Below the pieces are notes generated by a model. The model was given only the letters and a program-made list of their open reading frames with translations. It did no database searches and was not told the origin of the DNA. From contig NC_043000.1 in NCBI RefSeq assembly GCF_006345805.1, positions 160,270,001 through 160,334,000 of the forward strand: 64,000 nucleotides of DNA, read 5' to 3'. Below, one piece after another: positions 25,766-42,770 of the stretch. How positions within the stretch are numbered: the first letter of the stretch is position 1; every line of letters starts with the position of its first letter. Made by a program: the position numbers and the translations under genes. The stretch comes from Octopus sinensis (lineage: Eukaryota).

Positions 25766-26535
25766 CCGTCTTGGTTATTGTTGTCGTCGTCGCTCTTATT
25801 GTTGCTGTTGTTGTTGCTGGTGGTAGGAGTGGCTATGGAAATAGAACTTTAAATCCCCAAATAAGAAATTTTTTATTGACTCTTCTCTTGACTTAGCTAG
25901 TATTTTCCTGCTATCGTCATAATGAGCACCTTTAGTTTTAATTATGTTAGTTGGTAGCAGAGGAATTAGTACCTCTAAGTATTAGTATTATTGTTTATTT
26001 AGCTTGGGTTGGATTATATTAACTTAGTTCTTTTCTCTGATTTTTCTCACAATTTCACTTGGACAGTGTAGTTTGTAGAATGTAAATACTATAAATATTT
26101 TCCGACCACATGTAGCTAGGTGGTTACTGAAATGTATCTAATGGACATGCTGGTGCACACATGAAAGTTCTGATCGACTCATCAGATGCCATTAAGATGG
26201 CATATTCAATGAACGAGACTCATCGGAAATACGTATATAAGCTATTTGTAATTTCCTTTCATGGGTCTGGATCGGTGTGTGCCATGTTCAACTGCATATA
26301 TTATTGCATAATGTAAAAGGATTGATGAAATCGAATTCAGATGAAACGACCGTAAATTGATGTATTTAAAAGACTTGTTTTCTCCATTTTTGCTTGTAAT
26401 TTCAGAACCTGTTCAGATATTCTTGTATATGTAGATGGTTTGTTTTTATAAAGCAAGAAGTCCTCGAAGTAGTTTTATGAAAGTCGAATAACAAAAGTGT
26501 GCAGGTCAGCTCACTCAATTGGTAGTAATGACATT

Positions 26536-26925
26536 GTGGAGGCGCAATGGCCTAGTGGTTAGGGCAGCGGACTCGCGGTCATAGGATTGCGGTTTCGATT
26601 CCCAGACCGGGCGTTGTGAGTGTTTATTGAGCGAAAACACCTAAAAGCTCCACGAGGCTCCGGCAGGGAATGGTGGTGATACCTTCTGTACTCTTTCACC
26701 ACAACTTTCTCTCACTCTTACTTCCTGTTTCTGTTGTACCTGTATTTCAAAGGGCCGGCCTTGTCACTCTCTGTGTCACGCTGAATATCACTGAGAACAA
26801 CGTTAAGGGTACACGTGTCTGTGGAGTGCTCAGCCACTTACACGTTAATTTCACGAGCAGGCTGTTCCGTTGATTCGGATCAACCGGAACCCTCGTCGTC
26901 GTAACCGACGGAGTGCTTCCATTCC
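26536..26925 (+). mobile_element. Full-length tRNA-derived SINE (tRNA-Arg-like head) with 12-bp TSD
   Basis: The head has an A-box (TGGCCTAGTGG) and a B-box-like GGTTTCGATTCCC. The TSD AGTAATGACATT occurs at 26524-26535 and 26926-26937. Confidence 0.9.
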
Positions 26926-27057
26926 AGTAATGACATTCTATAATTGCAAATATCCAGGACAGTTATCAGTGCGCTACTGAAAAAGTCTCAAATGCTATGG
27001 AATGCACCTTATTTGTTTTTTATTAATTATCAATAGCAATAGCTTTATATATATGAT

Positions 27058-27081
27058 AGAGAGAGAGAGTGAGAGTGAGAG

Positions 27082-27113
<32 letters not shown>

Positions 27114-27137
27114 AGAGAGGAGAGAGGAGAGAGAGAA
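27058..27137. repeat. (GA)n microsatellite
   Basis: Seen directly. Confidence 0.95.
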
Positions 27138-28533
27138 AGGGTGGCAGGTTTACTGAAATACAGACCAACACACGATAAGGATGTCAAAATTGCATTTCTG
27201 TATTCCTTACTGTGAAGAACAATTATCATCTTATACTTCTTAAAATCATGTTTTTGAAGATGGATATATAAATTCAGTATAACTAAGCTCATATGTGAGT
27301 TAGATACAAATTAGTGTGATTGTATATACGTGTTATGTTTGTATGTATTCGTGTGCTTTTGTTTGTGAGTACACATCAAAACAATGAAAGAAACAGCTAA
27401 TATTTTCGCTTCAAGACATTGTAAAGTAATAGCCATAGGCGTTTACAAAGGACTCCAAATGAGAAGGGGAGATAATCTCCTAAAGTCAATATTAACAAGT
27501 GAAGAGCTGTGAACACCTGTTTCTGCTTTAAAAGGCATCATTCCAAAAGCAATCCACTTCCGTGACTGCAGACAGACGTAAGAATTTGACATACAGTAAA
27601 CAATTAAGAATATTTATAGCATGGTAGAATGTGCATAAATGATCGAAAGTGTCCTCGGGGAAATAATTCAGTAAGGCTAGTATGCACGACGTAAAAATGT
27701 ATAGGTATACTAAAGACCGAACAACACAAATTTACAAAATATATATTTTCGCTTAAGGAATGTATAGTTTCATTGGAAAGTATCAAAATTCACATTTCAT
27801 TATAGCTAATAGTGATGAGAGAGCAGAAGAAAATATGTGCTATAGGAATCTCATCCAATTCAGAAATGTTACCCTTCAATAATTACTCCATCTCACACAT
27901 TTGGGGAATACTATCAGCGCTGAAGTATAATACTAGAGTAAATGAAGTACTGATGATGTCGTATTCGTGTAAACATAAGACAGAGACATAATATCTTGCG
28001 CATCACCAATCCTCATACTATGTCTGCGATAGATGCTTATTGTCACCGAAGTAATTGCCAATATTACAGAGCGTTCAATGCTATCACGTGTTACGTATTT
28101 ACAATTAGGTAAACCGGTCTGATTAGATAGAATATATAGAAGGGCGTTGATAACAGACTAACAAGTAATTGTTCTCGCTGGTACACAACAATACCTGTTA
28201 ATGAGCAAAGAATTGCTGGATAGGTGTTCCGAATTAACTAACAATAATAGCCGTTGTGGTATACTGAAATATGTTTTCAGTCAGTTGTTTCGTGAACAAG
28301 ATTTATAACAGAAGCACAAGAAAGATGCGCATTTGGGAATAAAATGTGTTTCTTTTTACTGCAATACCGTATTGTTTATACTTTATCTAAACCGGAAGGA
28401 TGAAAGGCAAGTAAAGGACGAAAAGCAAAGTGAAGCTTGACATTGATTGAAACTTGAAGCATAAAGCGACGTTTTTGTTCCATGTACGATGGCTTACATG
28501 AAATAAAACACACACAGACACACACACACATAC

Positions 28534-28573
<40 letters not shown>

Positions 28574-29207
28574 TATATAATATATATATATATGTTTATA
28601 TATATATATATATATATAGGTAGATAGATAGATAGACAGATAGATAGACAGACAGACAGACAGATATATAGATAGATAGATAGATAGATAGAGAGAGATA
28701 GGTAGATAGATATGTGTGTGTTGTGCTTTGCTCTCGTGTTAGATGTCGCTGTCAATGTCATAAGTTCCAAGTTTCTATTCTTGTACCAAGAAACATACTA
28801 TGTCGTGTAGCAATGCATCTTATGTTGTCTCGTTTAATCAGCTGAAAATGAGGTCCAGCGTGACCTGGACTGGTGTATCTATCTTTTCGTGTAACAATCA
28901 CACCCTATATTATTATATGTTTATTTACAGCCAGATACGTAATTTATAAGTTTCGAGATTTCCATAATCTCGCCTCATATGGGTTCCACACGCGTTCAAA
29001 TAATTTGTTCCTTGGTCCTTTTATTAGTGTATAGTAGCGATTATTTTGCTGCACACTATTTGCTGTTTTGTTGTTTACTATCAATAATACTTTTCATTGT
29101 TTAAACTAATTATTGTAAAATAAGTTTACATTTATTTTCATTAAAATTCATATTTCTTACTTAAGTGAAATCTAAACGCCTTGCGAAATTCAATATTTGT
29201 TATTAGG

Positions 29208-29420
29208 AAGGCGGCGAGCTGGCAAAAACTTTAGCACGCTTCTGCGAAATGCTAAGCGGTATTTCGTCTGTTTTTATGTTTTGAGTTCAAATTCCGCCGA
29301 TATCGACTTTGATTTTATCATTTCGGGGTCGATAAATTTAGTACCAGTTGCGTATTGGGTCGATCTAATCGACTGAACACTCTCCAAAAATTCCGGGCCT
29401 TGAGTCTAGAGTAGTAAATC
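29208..29420 (+). mobile_element. tRNA-derived SINE (GGCGGCGAGCTGGCA family)
   Basis: GGCGGCGAGCTGGC...GAGTTCAAATTCCGCCG...GGGGTCGATAAA...GTACCAGTT. Related copies lie at 36972, 46006 and 59460. Confidence 0.75.
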
Positions 29421-29778
29421 ATAAAATTCTTATAGTTAGTGTTTATATTCCGAGTAAATAGACTTGAAAATTTAATATATAACCACAAACAAGGTTTTAC
29501 GACGAATTAAAAAATATAGACTTATAGTAGTTCTTTGCGTTCCAAAACATATATACAGCCATTTATTTTACTAAGTGGCAAACACTACGCGCGCACACAC
29601 ACACACACACACACGCATACACGTACAAATATGCTATACCTCCAAGTATGTAGAAAGTTAAACTGTCCCGTTCGTTTTATTTTATTTTCTCATATATTAT
29701 ACTTTTTTTACATTCATTTCATGCCTCTGCACGCATTTTTTTCTCTCCTTGTTTCTTTCTGTGTTTCTTTTCTGTGTA

Positions 29779-29816
29779 TCTTTCTGTTGAAGAGCGTAGG
29801 CTCGAAACGTAAAAGA
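29779..29816 (+). ncRNA. Minimal hammerhead-like motif with non-canonical CUGUUGA core, in a short pLTR-like repeat
   Basis: UCUUU [CUGUUGA] a GAGC-guag-GCUC [GAAA] CG U A / AAAGA. Stem III can form only intermolecularly (ACGU). Confidence 0.45.
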
Positions 29817-29959
29817 CTTGTTTTATTTTTATTCCTAAGCGCCATACTAATACAATTGTTTGTTTATATTCCACCTGCTTTCGTCTTTTGTTTATTTTCA
29901 TAAAGCTTCCCGTTATATATACATGTATATATACATACATATATATATACGTACATACT

Positions 29960-30038
<79 letters not shown>

Positions 30039-31276
30039 TTTTATATTTTCACATCAATTCCATATTACACTTCAATTATTTTAGAATTAAACCATTGTAA
30101 ATGTGTAACCGTTTATACGCTGGGTTGACCCATACTAATCTATTGCATTTCAGTTTGATATTATAGCGATCGATCATAGAATATGCATCGTTCTTTTTTC
30201 CTGTTTATATTTCTCCACTTTCTCCTTCTGTTTCCTCTTAAACCACCCACTAACTGGATTATCTGCTGAATCAGCTTCTTGAATTAAATGATGAACAGTT
30301 ATTTCCGTGAAATGAATATTTTTGCGAAAATGTTTAAGGCAATATAAATTAAAAGTTATGCAATAAAGTTGATGCCCATAAAGTTAGACAAAGACATATT
30401 ATTGCAACACTCTTTATACGCTGTTTAATGTTTGTATTATATTTCGGGAAAGCATTAATATAAGATAGAAATAATGCAATACTCCACAGAAAAGTATAAT
30501 TATCGCTAAGCAAATGTGCGATGTTCTGGCCTGCCGATAATAAAATATATTCTCCAAACTTTTTTCATTATGTTTTATCTTATATTTGATAAGGTGACAG
30601 TTTCCCACAATATAATAGAAACATTAAGCAACCTATATGCTTCGATGTAATATTTTGTAGATATCTTTAATAGCTTGTATTTTGTCTTTATTCATTAGTA
30701 TCGTTTTACAAATTTTACATATTTTCTCACCTCAACTATTTGAAAGTTTTTCTCAAAATATTACCATTTTATTATCTTCATTTTATACTTGTCCCAGCTT
30801 GTACCACCTTACGGAAAGTTACAGGAAAGAATCGAAACCGATTCCATCAAGGTAAGACGAAGGAAGAAGTATTGCACCGAGTTAGAGACAAACGTCATTT
30901 AACGATTCGTGCTACTAGTAGCCTAATACTAGGTAGGCTTTTATAACACCCTGTGGCCTAACATATTGAAAAATCTCAAAATTCAGAAAACCTACATTAC
31001 ATACATATAGCAGGGATGACTTCTAAGTGGACATCCATTGGGTTTGTGATTAATCTTTATATTTTGTATCTTTTCATTTGTCTTGCTCGCCTACGTTCTT
31101 GCGTTTACTGAATGCTTTTGAGAACAATCTTTCCTCAGTGGTCAGACCATACAGGGTGTACCTCTAGCATAATGGATGCCGACTTAGTGGTCATCCCTCA
31201 TATATATATATATATATGTACATATACAAATACATATACATACGTACATGCGTATATACACACACAATATATGTAT

Positions 31277-31379
<103 letters not shown>

Positions 31380-31420
31380 CATATACGTATGTGTGTGTGT
31401 GTACCACACACACACACACA

Positions 31421-31654
31421 ATAATTCTGCCAAAAGTCACCCGACAGCAAATCAAAATTTCATAAATACTATCCGTAATTCTGTATTGACTCGAATGGAA
31501 AAGTGTGTCGCTCAAGGAGGACTTCAGTTTGAACAATTTTCATGATGTTTCATATTTAGATGCTTTTATCAAATTCATTCCGTTGTTAAACATAAACGAA
31601 TCTTGGAATTAAATGTTTCTGATTTACTGTCAGGTGACTTTTGGCAAACCTTAT
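31421..31654. mobile_element. Tc1/mariner-type MITE with ~34-bp TIRs
   Basis: Left ATAATTCTGCCAAAAGTCACCCGACAGCAAATCA matches the reverse complement of right TGATTTACTGTCAGGTGACTTTTGGCAAACCTTAT. Confidence 0.8.
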
Positions 31655-32571
31655 ATGTGTATATATACATGTGTGTGTGTGTGTGTGTGTGTGTGAGTGT
31701 GTTTGTATGTATGCATGTATGTATTTATGTATGTATGTATAGAGCGTTTAAAGTAGAATACATATATTGTATATTGTAAAAGAGGAGGCAGTCAGAATTT
31801 TGGATAATCCTTTACTAGCGTTTTCGTTCATTTACTAAGTCAAGACCATCAAAATCAAAATGATAAAACTGGAACTTTCCTTGTTCATTTATGTGAATCG
31901 GTTGTTACTTTGTTTTGCTTAATATTGTTGTTGTTTTTTTTTGAAAAACAGAGAGAGAGAAAGAAAGCAAAGCGCTGTAGGGAAATAGATTGAGAGGTTG
32001 TACTTAGTTGCGCAATGCTCAGTTTCGTTGCCTGTTTTATTCTCTCCTTCATTAATTCTAAGGTGTATTTCTGCTTCATAGGTTAGATTTGACGTAATTT
32101 GCGGTAAATCACCATAGTGCAAATACAACTTGTCATGCTGTATGGGATGTTCCTTTTGACGTGAGGGATGGCAAGAATAGAAATTCAAATATTGGTGCGT
32201 GACCGCTTTTTTTTGTTAAATATGACTAATTTATGAATGTACTGGTACTTAACATTTGTCCATACAAAACAGAATTACACAGAATATGGGACCTGGCTGC
32301 ACATTGTGAAAGAATATACGTTATCATAGGAGTTTGAACTCTTTTTTTATTTTTCAGTGATGGCGGCATCCACCACCTTTTCTTATTTCTTCCAACCTGC
32401 ATCCTAAGATTGACACCTTTGAAAGGTCACCAACCCTCGTGAGAAAATGGAATAAGTAAAAAGAAAGAAAGGAGAAAGGAAAATAGAAATGAGATTTCAA
32501 TAAATTGACCATACCAAATTGAAAAGAATCCTCTCTCTTTCTCTCTTAGTCTATCAACCCTTTCCCCATCC

Positions 32572-32605
<34 letters not shown>

Positions 32606-32613
32606 TATTATTA

Positions 32614-34570
<1,957 letters not shown>

Positions 34571-34799
34571 GTTGTTGTTTTTTTTTATTCTCCTCTTTCT
34601 TGAATGTCCTGAAACCTCCCTCTCTATCTATCTATTACTCCTGCTTTGCTTTTCTTTCACTCTCTCTCATTCTTTTTTTTTAAATGATAAAAGCAATGTT
34701 AAAGGTCACCAGCCCTTGTGAGAAAATACGTTTATTTACAAATATGTTGATAGGTATACAAAGGAAATAGAAAAAAAGAAAGAATTGAAGAGACACCAT

Positions 34800-35720
34800 T
34801 ATAATCGTTAAAACAAAATTCATTTAAATCTGAAAAAATACACTCAAATTATTCATTAAGTCCTTTGTATTTTTCAATGCAAGCACCCTGTTAGACATGC
34901 TACTGATCAGATGATGAATATTCTCAAGAGGGATTTCTCGTAGAAATCTCAGAAAATCTGGCTTTGAGGATGCTTTCTTATACTTTTGCGAAATGTCCTG
35001 TACATGATGCTCCACAGGTGTTCAATAGGTTTCATATCTGGTAACTGGCTTGGTTATGTAAGCTTTTTAATATCATTCTCTTCCAACCAGTCTTCGGTCT
35101 TTTTAGTTGTGTGACAAGCAGTACCATCTTCCATAAAGAGACTTCTTTAATCATGTCACAACTGGAAAAGATTGGAAAGGGTACGTTCTGCAATTTGAAC
35201 ACATGTTTATCTGTGTTTGTGTTTCCCTCACACTCCACCAGTTCTGATCGATCATTGCTCCAAATTGCTCCTCAGAGCATCACGTCCAATTCATGATCAC
35301 AGTTTCCAGACGCCCACTTGAGCAGTCTCACAAACTACTGCAAATCTGGACCCATCAGAGAACATGAGAGTGTCCCAAAATTCTAATGGCCTCTCCCCCA
35401 TCTCACTGGCACAGTCTGCGTTATATTGCCTGGTAGAAGTGACTGCCTTCTTGCTACTCTGTCATATTATCCAAGTTTGTGGAAAAGCCTGACAGCTGTT
35501 TTGGGACTGACATCAACTTGTTCTGCTATGTCAGGAGCCTTACATTGGGGATTATTGTCAACACTTCTCTTAACAAAGCGAAGGGTCCTGTCAGAAAGCC
35601 CTGGTCAACCTGGGCGAGGTGATGTGACTCTTTACTCTCTCTTGTGAATTGCATTCTATTAACTGTAGAAAGCAGGATCCCAATGTTTTCTGCGATTTTA
35701 CGCTAAGTTCACATTCAGAT
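34800..35720 (-). mobile_element. Tc1 transposase relic
   Basis: Minus strand fragments: PRPG*PGLSDRTLRFVKRSVDNNPQCKAPDIAEQVDVSPKTAVR (HTH), then EDG..CHTTKKT.DWLEENDI and PSQLPDMKPIEHLW (DD34E motif region). Confidence 0.8.
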
Positions 35721-35912
35721 TGACCCACAACACGACATCTTTGAAATTCAGACAGTTGCAAGCATTCTTTTACGCTTGAGATGATTAAACGGTCACATAT
35801 ATAACCTGAAACATAAAAATGCCTATTAATAAAAAATATATAAATTTGTAAGGTAAAATAAGCATGTTGTTACATGTATTATGTGATGTCTATTCTATCA
35901 TGTCTGTGTGAA

Positions 35913-35991
<79 letters not shown>

Positions 35992-36971
35992 TCGTGGAAT
36001 TCTAAAGTATATCAACACATGTATTGCATAGTTATAAATTTTAAAAACATATATAACCGTTGAGATTCAAGGTTAACGTTATGGAACATAGTAGAAATGA
36101 TGTACACTGTAAAATATGTAGAACAGCTCTGAAATCCTGGTACCAAATGCATTAACACTCTATGCAGTCCTTCTCTTATTTTGAATATATACTAAGTATT
36201 CTGCTATAATTCATAGGAAATTTTGTTAGAAGCTAGTCTCGAAATAATATAGATTTCGGAAGGATGGTGTTCATTCTAATTATTCAGCACCCTTAATTGG
36301 ATAATATATTGTGAGGCTGTTTTCTTAATTTCTTGTTTTTATGAAACTGGAGTACAAAATCTTTGTAATAAATTGTAGTACAGATAGTGTTTTCCTCTAA
36401 TGCATGGTCGAAAAAATATGGAAGTCGCTCGTTATTTATTAAGTGCTGATGCAGCACACAGCAAAATAACGCAACTCAGCAGATTCCATGTAATCGTATG
36501 TTGTATTTGATGTTCAGATTCGGTTGTTGTTGGCATAAAGACAATTCAAAATAGATTACCGCATATCGGCTGCTAGTTCTTTTAATATCTCGGTACTCAG
36601 TTGACTTTTACAGACAATACTTCAGTTTTACAAACGAACAATGTTATAAACCAATAAACTAAGAACTAAAAGTTAAGGTTATATTTTCATAGGTCTCCTT
36701 GCGTCATCTCTATTTGTACAGGGACATCAATGGATAAACGGTGCAGTCGTCTGTCGGGTAGATATGGCCTATTATTTCATGGTAGACTCAACATGTCATC
36801 CGCTTTAACAACACCAATTTATTTCTTCTTCCTTTAAGCGGAGATCACTCTGTTTCAGTCATTGGAGTCTCACTTTTCCGCACTAGTCTTGGAAAAGACA
36901 CCGTCCGTAAAATTCTAGTTGAGCCATATAAAATATAAATGAAAGGCATCTCTTAATATTTTTATCGACAG

Positions 36972-37085
36972 AGGGCAGTGAGTTGACAGAACCGTTAGCC
37001 CGACGGGCAAGATTCTTAGCGGTATTCCGTCTGTCTTTACGCTTGTTGATCAGATTCCACCGAGGTCGACTTTGCCTTCCACTCT
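36972..37085 (+). mobile_element. SINE 5' fragment
   Basis: GGCAGTGAGTTGACAGAACCGTTAGC...GAGGTCGACTTTGCCTT matches the 29208 family. Confidence 0.65.
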
Positions 37086-38104
37086 CTTATGTTTGTAGTG
37101 CTGTAGGTACCTAAATAGTTGAATGATCACCCTTGCAAGAAAGATCATAGAGTAACCTCCCTTTTCTAAGTCTATCGAAGCATCTGTGTCATAAGACGTG
37201 ATTCTTAATTATTCAAGAAGCTTAGAGTTTTTCTTGAAAGTTTCTAGAATGTCTAGCGTTCCATTAATAAAAACAGTTTGCTAACCCAGCTTTTCGCTTC
37301 TGAGTCGATTAGACTGAGAGTCTGTCACGTCATTGCTATGTCCATCTATTTCTCTACGCTACAGGTTCAATGTAATCAACTCACCCCACTCTCCCCCAAT
37401 TTACTGGCCTTGTGCTAAAATTTGAAATCAATATTTTTATCTGCAGCCACACCGTTATCATTATAGGGAATATTTTACTGTCGTTATATGGATGACTTTT
37501 GAATAGAGAGCCCTTACGTAAATGATAACTTGAGGTTTCATTTATGATGGATGCAGTCATAATAAGCGGTTCAACTGATTGCATTAGAGTTCGTTGCTGA
37601 CTCATTAGTTTGAGTAAAAAATATGTTGCATTTCTTTTTCAGGATACATTTTTGAACCAATGTTTTGAAATATAGCGCAATATAGTCCAAAGTCATCTGT
37701 CATCATTAAAAAGTGTTTCTACAAAAGTGATTAATTTTGCCAATTAATTCTAATGATATAGTAATTCTTTTAAATCCAAGTAAAAAATTTTTTCAAATCC
37801 AATTACTTTGCCTTGTCTTTCAGCACAGGTTCCCGAAAGCCGATATATATAGCGTAATCTACAGGCAAACCCACGAACTGATAAGAACAAATTGGCAACC
37901 ACATCGCACACAAATACACACATATTATTACTAGCGTTCATTACTGTGGCTCATTACCTACAGGTATATAATTAGTTTAATCTCTAGCACGGTATACATT
38001 TCTTTTGGCTTAGTAATTGTTTTCTGGTACAAAGCGGAGATGATACAATACAAAATTCAAGCAATTATAAAAATCCCTGCGCTAAATATATCGTATGTTT
38101 GCAT

Positions 38105-38158
<54 letters not shown>

Positions 38159-38390
38159 TTGTGCATGTTTTTGTATGTGTGATGGTATGTTCACTTATAT
38201 ATAGGCTTAATTACGTATGTAGAAGTTTCTCAAAACACAGCGCAATCAAAATGTGGGAGTAAATAACAACAATTGTCTGTTGATATGATTGTGTGTAAGT
38301 ATTATACGTCGCAAACCAGCGCTTGCAGAGATACAGATGCATTTGTAATTTGAAGTTCATTTGGCTGTTACTTCTGTTAGCTCAAGCAGT

Positions 38391-38436
<46 letters not shown>

Positions 38437-41400
38437 TGCTTTTCTACAGCGTCTATAAACCAGTAACATCAAATTGGTTATCCTGGTTATATTGGGAATA
38501 AAATAACTGCCAAGAACAAGAGGCCTGTACACACACACACACATACACGTATGTATATATATATATATATGGGAAATATTCCTCTGTATATTGAATCAAC
38601 TGAATCAAGACAGGTTTCCTTACAGCAGCAGACGTTACTAGCGCAATCGTAACTTGATCTGCATAAATTACCAATCGAAGTCTCGGGGAAAGATTTATAT
38701 CTCTATTGATATGCGTTTTCTGCTCCCCGATACATATTTGTGGCTTAATTTGAAGCAGAAAATATGGTTGATACAAAGATGGCTGGTATTTTCAGCTAGT
38801 AAATATTTTGTAGACAGATTTCAACAAATGATTGCTTACATTTGCCTTTGTAATCTTTATTCAGAAAAAAATATAGTCTAAAGTAGCTACCTGTCTGATC
38901 AGTTGTGTAGCATGTTATTTTAATAGTGGATAATAAAACCCTTGGAAAACGTTTCAAACGGAGGCTGCTTCGAATGTCCATATATGAAACTGTAGCCAGT
39001 TCTTTCCAATATAGATTGACATATCATCGTAGAATTGTGGCAGAACTTCTTGAATGATTGTTAGACAAAAAGAAAAAAATGTCTTAATCCGATGCGCTTT
39101 CTATATGCAATTAACACAAAATATCAATTATTGCAAAGCCTAAAATGCCTGCTGATACCAATGAAATGTTTCTACCTGTCAGTAGAGGAATACAAGCTGC
39201 CGATAGTACAAATGTTACTAGACACGAGTTTACATTAATGTTTACCTTACTTATGACAAGGAAGAATTGAGTTTTAAAAAAGGATGAATTTTATAAAATA
39301 AGTAACTCTCTTCTGTGGGTCCTATTATGTAATTTAATTGCTATGGAAGTGTGGAAAGGAAAGGAGTTTTGGGTTTCAACGAACAGTTTCCAGGTTTCAA
39401 ACGGAATCGCATACCTCAGAGCAAAAGGTTGCATGTAGATAAGACTTGCTATCATGCAGTATCGCAGCTGTAACTCCTCTGGTCTCATCTCGCATTATGA
39501 GTGGTTATGAATTCTGACTCGATAGAAGAAGGCTGATCATCCGACGCCGGTCTCCAGGTGTCTAATCAATCTGACCACAAACAGCAGTTGTTTGAGTTGG
39601 TTGAGGTAATAACGGGCATCTGCAACAATCAACTACTTCCACTTACGCAATTTCACAACATGAAAGAAGTAGCATATATAGTCACGTATCTCGGATCGCT
39701 TACACATTCACTCACTTTTGTAGATGTCCTATTGGGAGTGTTTTCAGTGCCCAAGAAGACCAGAAATGTTTCTCTTCAAAAATAAATGCCGACTAAGAAA
39801 GCAGGTAAATACATATAGTAGATTCAAAAAGAAATAGGACGTTATCGTCATCATCGCTGACATCGGAGTCGACATCATCATTATCGTCACATCTCGTCGT
39901 TATCATCAGATTCTCACTCGAACTCAGCATTTTGTGTTTCTTACGCTGCACTTATACATTTGGTTTATTTTACATTTATTTAGGTCTTCATTTTATTAAT
40001 CTACGAAATGCTTAATTTCATTTTCTCATTTTAGTAATATCTAATATAGATTTCTAAGTTTATGATACTTCTACTCATACATTTTTCCTCATCTAAATTG
40101 TTTATAATTTACTTTACGAACATATTTTCGTAAAATCAGCGTTTTTTAACAATTTGTATGATTCTAAACTTTTCTATATTTTATATTAATTGTTCTTGAT
40201 GATACTATCATTGGTAAATTTCTAAATAGCTTTCTAGCAATTTCAAACTAGCTTTTGATTCCTCCTTCACGTTTTCTGGGGGTTTTTACCTCTTTTTTCT
40301 CTTTTTTTTTGTGTTTCAATTTTGCTCTTCGTTTGGCTTTCTAGCAATTGTAATATTTATACTTGTTTACTTCATCCTGGCTGATTACTACTCATTTGGT
40401 TTAAGGACATTTATTTCCATTCTATAGATCCCATTTTTGCCATACAAGGTAATGCAGTGATAATTTTTATTAGAAATTAATAAGCCAGTGTCTTCTGTAT
40501 ATATATGGCTGTCGGTTTTCATAGATTCAATCGGCAATCTTCCTATCGCACTTCTACAACGGAAGTAGATGTGTAGGCGATCCATGATTCATGACTATAC
40601 ATGCTATATCTATGTTATGAACATTTCCTTGTATATATTTAACTTGGCCTGTGCACACAACTTTGTCTACTCCTGTATTAATTATAAATTCTAAGGGATT
40701 TCCGTTCAGTTCTTAACAGTGTTTTTCTTTTGCAATAGATTTCGTTTTTGGTTATTAAATGTCTTTGTCACATAATTCGTGTTTCGTTAGGCAATAAATC
40801 AATTTTGTAGGTTTTTACCATGTCAAATACCCAATAAATTCTATAGAGCATCGGCAAACATTTCATTCATATAATCATTCTACATCCTGTGGTTTTTTAT
40901 TGTTTCCTTTGCAGGTTTACACTCCTTGTCTCAATATCACTCTACAAGATATTCATTTTTTGCTTACATCTTTATGCTGAATAAAATTCTTTCCTGGATA
41001 AATTTCAGTAATACTTTAGTCATATAACGAATTGAGTTGATCTATAAAAGATGTATTCAATTACGAATTCTTAATGTAGAAATACACACACGTGCCCGCG
41101 CGCATACACACATACGTACGTGAGTATATAAATATCTATATAAATATATATGTTTGTGTGTGTGTGTAACGTGAATGTGTTAGTGGTGGTGGTGGGAGGG
41201 GAATATATCTATGTCACTCTGAGACTAGATTCCATATGATCCTAAGAATGAATATTCTGATCCTGCTTTACCGTTTAGAAGCTGAACAAATCATACTAAT
41301 GTAATTCTAACTATTCTAACGTAATTCAGTGTTACACATAATGTGCCAAACCATGGCTTGTAAATTAGACACCAACCTCCCGACGGACCTCCTTAGTTGC

Positions 41401-41699
41401 TGTCACTTCACTATTCTATTTCGCTCACAAATTATAAGATCTATATTATAGGTCATACAGAAGTTAGAGAAAATGACAAGTGGCCAAAATGATTCGAGAT
41501 CCACATTGAAATCTTACCACTGTGAACTTAAAGCAAACATATTCGTTTGTTCCTTACCATTTATCTTAAAAATTAACACTAAAAATATACTTCGCTCTAT
41601 AGTTGCATTTTTCCTCTATAATTTTGTTATGCATTTACATATTTATATAATGTTTTTACCTGATTATAGATACAGGATAATAGACAGCAAAGCAAAAAT

Positions 41700-42770
41700 A
41701 AATAAATTAACCATTTTCGACACCTACTTTTCTTCGCTTTCAATGAAAATACCAGGCTACCAAAGCTGCTCGCAGCATTTATGTTGTCTATGGAGAAACT
41801 GCCATTACTGAAAGAACAGCACAGACTTGATTTCCATGCTAAGAAAAGGGGAAATTCAACCTCACATTATCTCTGCGTACCGGCCACCAGTTCATCTCTT
41901 GAGAAGACTCGTAGAACTAGCTATCCACGATGATCCACGCCAATCTAGGAAATGCTCGTAATTCTCTCTCGTGATACAGTCGGCCACCACCTTCACTCGA
42001 TAATTGAAGCCCAAAACCTCAATGCCTAAGTTCCACGTGCTCTAAACGAATGAAACAAATTCTAGTCTCCTCTACGGCCGTCTGTTTGCTCGTTCCCTCG
42101 ATACGATATCAGGCTAAACGTTATCAATGCATTACTGTCGATGGCAAATGGCGTCTTTAGGTCAGTTATGAAGTGGAGAGAAGAACGGCTGAACACTGAC
42201 AATCAGCGTCTCGAACCAAGCAAAGGTTGCATTCATCCATGACCGTGATCAGCGCTTGGTGGGACTGGGAAGAGATAATGCTCCTGAAAATACATGTAAA
42301 CAATCACCCGGTCAATGTAGAGCTTGACGTTTAGCAAATTCTCCTGCTCAACAAGGCAATCTAGCCGAATCGATAGGATCGGTGAAACCATGTGCTTCTT
42401 CAAAACGACAACGATCGAACTTACATCGCTAATTTGACCAAACATTTTGTTCGGAGCTCGTTTAGGACATTCTAACACCACCACCGTATCGTCCTAATGT
42501 AGCATTTTCGGACTATTATACTTTAGCCGCTCTTCAACGGACTGCGAGGCATTTCATTCAACAATGCCGTGGAAATGAAAACGTGACTCGATGAAATTTT
42601 CGAGTCGAGACTCAGTGATTTCTACAATCAAAGTCTTTACATTGTAGTGGAATGTTGGCAAGATGTCATCAACAACGGAGGAGAATATATTATTAAATAA
42701 ATTCTTAACATTGTTGATAAAGTATAAGGATTAAGATAATGGACAAAAGGGAACAGATTTATGTACCGAT
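41700..42770 (+). mobile_element. Near full-length degenerate mariner transposon
   Basis: Across stops and frameshifts: NHFRHLLFFAFN..ATKAARSIYVVYGETAITERTAQT*F (HTH), CITVDGKWRL (first D), LLQNDN (second D), HPYRPNVAFSDYY (third D region), and LDEFFES..DFYNQ...WQDVINNGGEYII*. Confidence 0.85.

Noticed and set aside
26000-26500. Possible Penelope GIY-YIG remnant with CTGATGAGTC on the minus strand
   Set aside because: Only a CVHQH-like peptide matches, and no GAAA or stem follows the putative core.
26536-26610. tRNA gene
   Set aside because: The tRNA-like head is followed by a SINE body and enclosed by a 12-bp TSD, and the cloverleaf is incomplete.
38800-39930. Possible piggyBac relic on the minus strand (acidic N-terminus, GRNI peptide)
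   Set aside because: The matches are too short and scattered, and the catalytic motifs could not be located.
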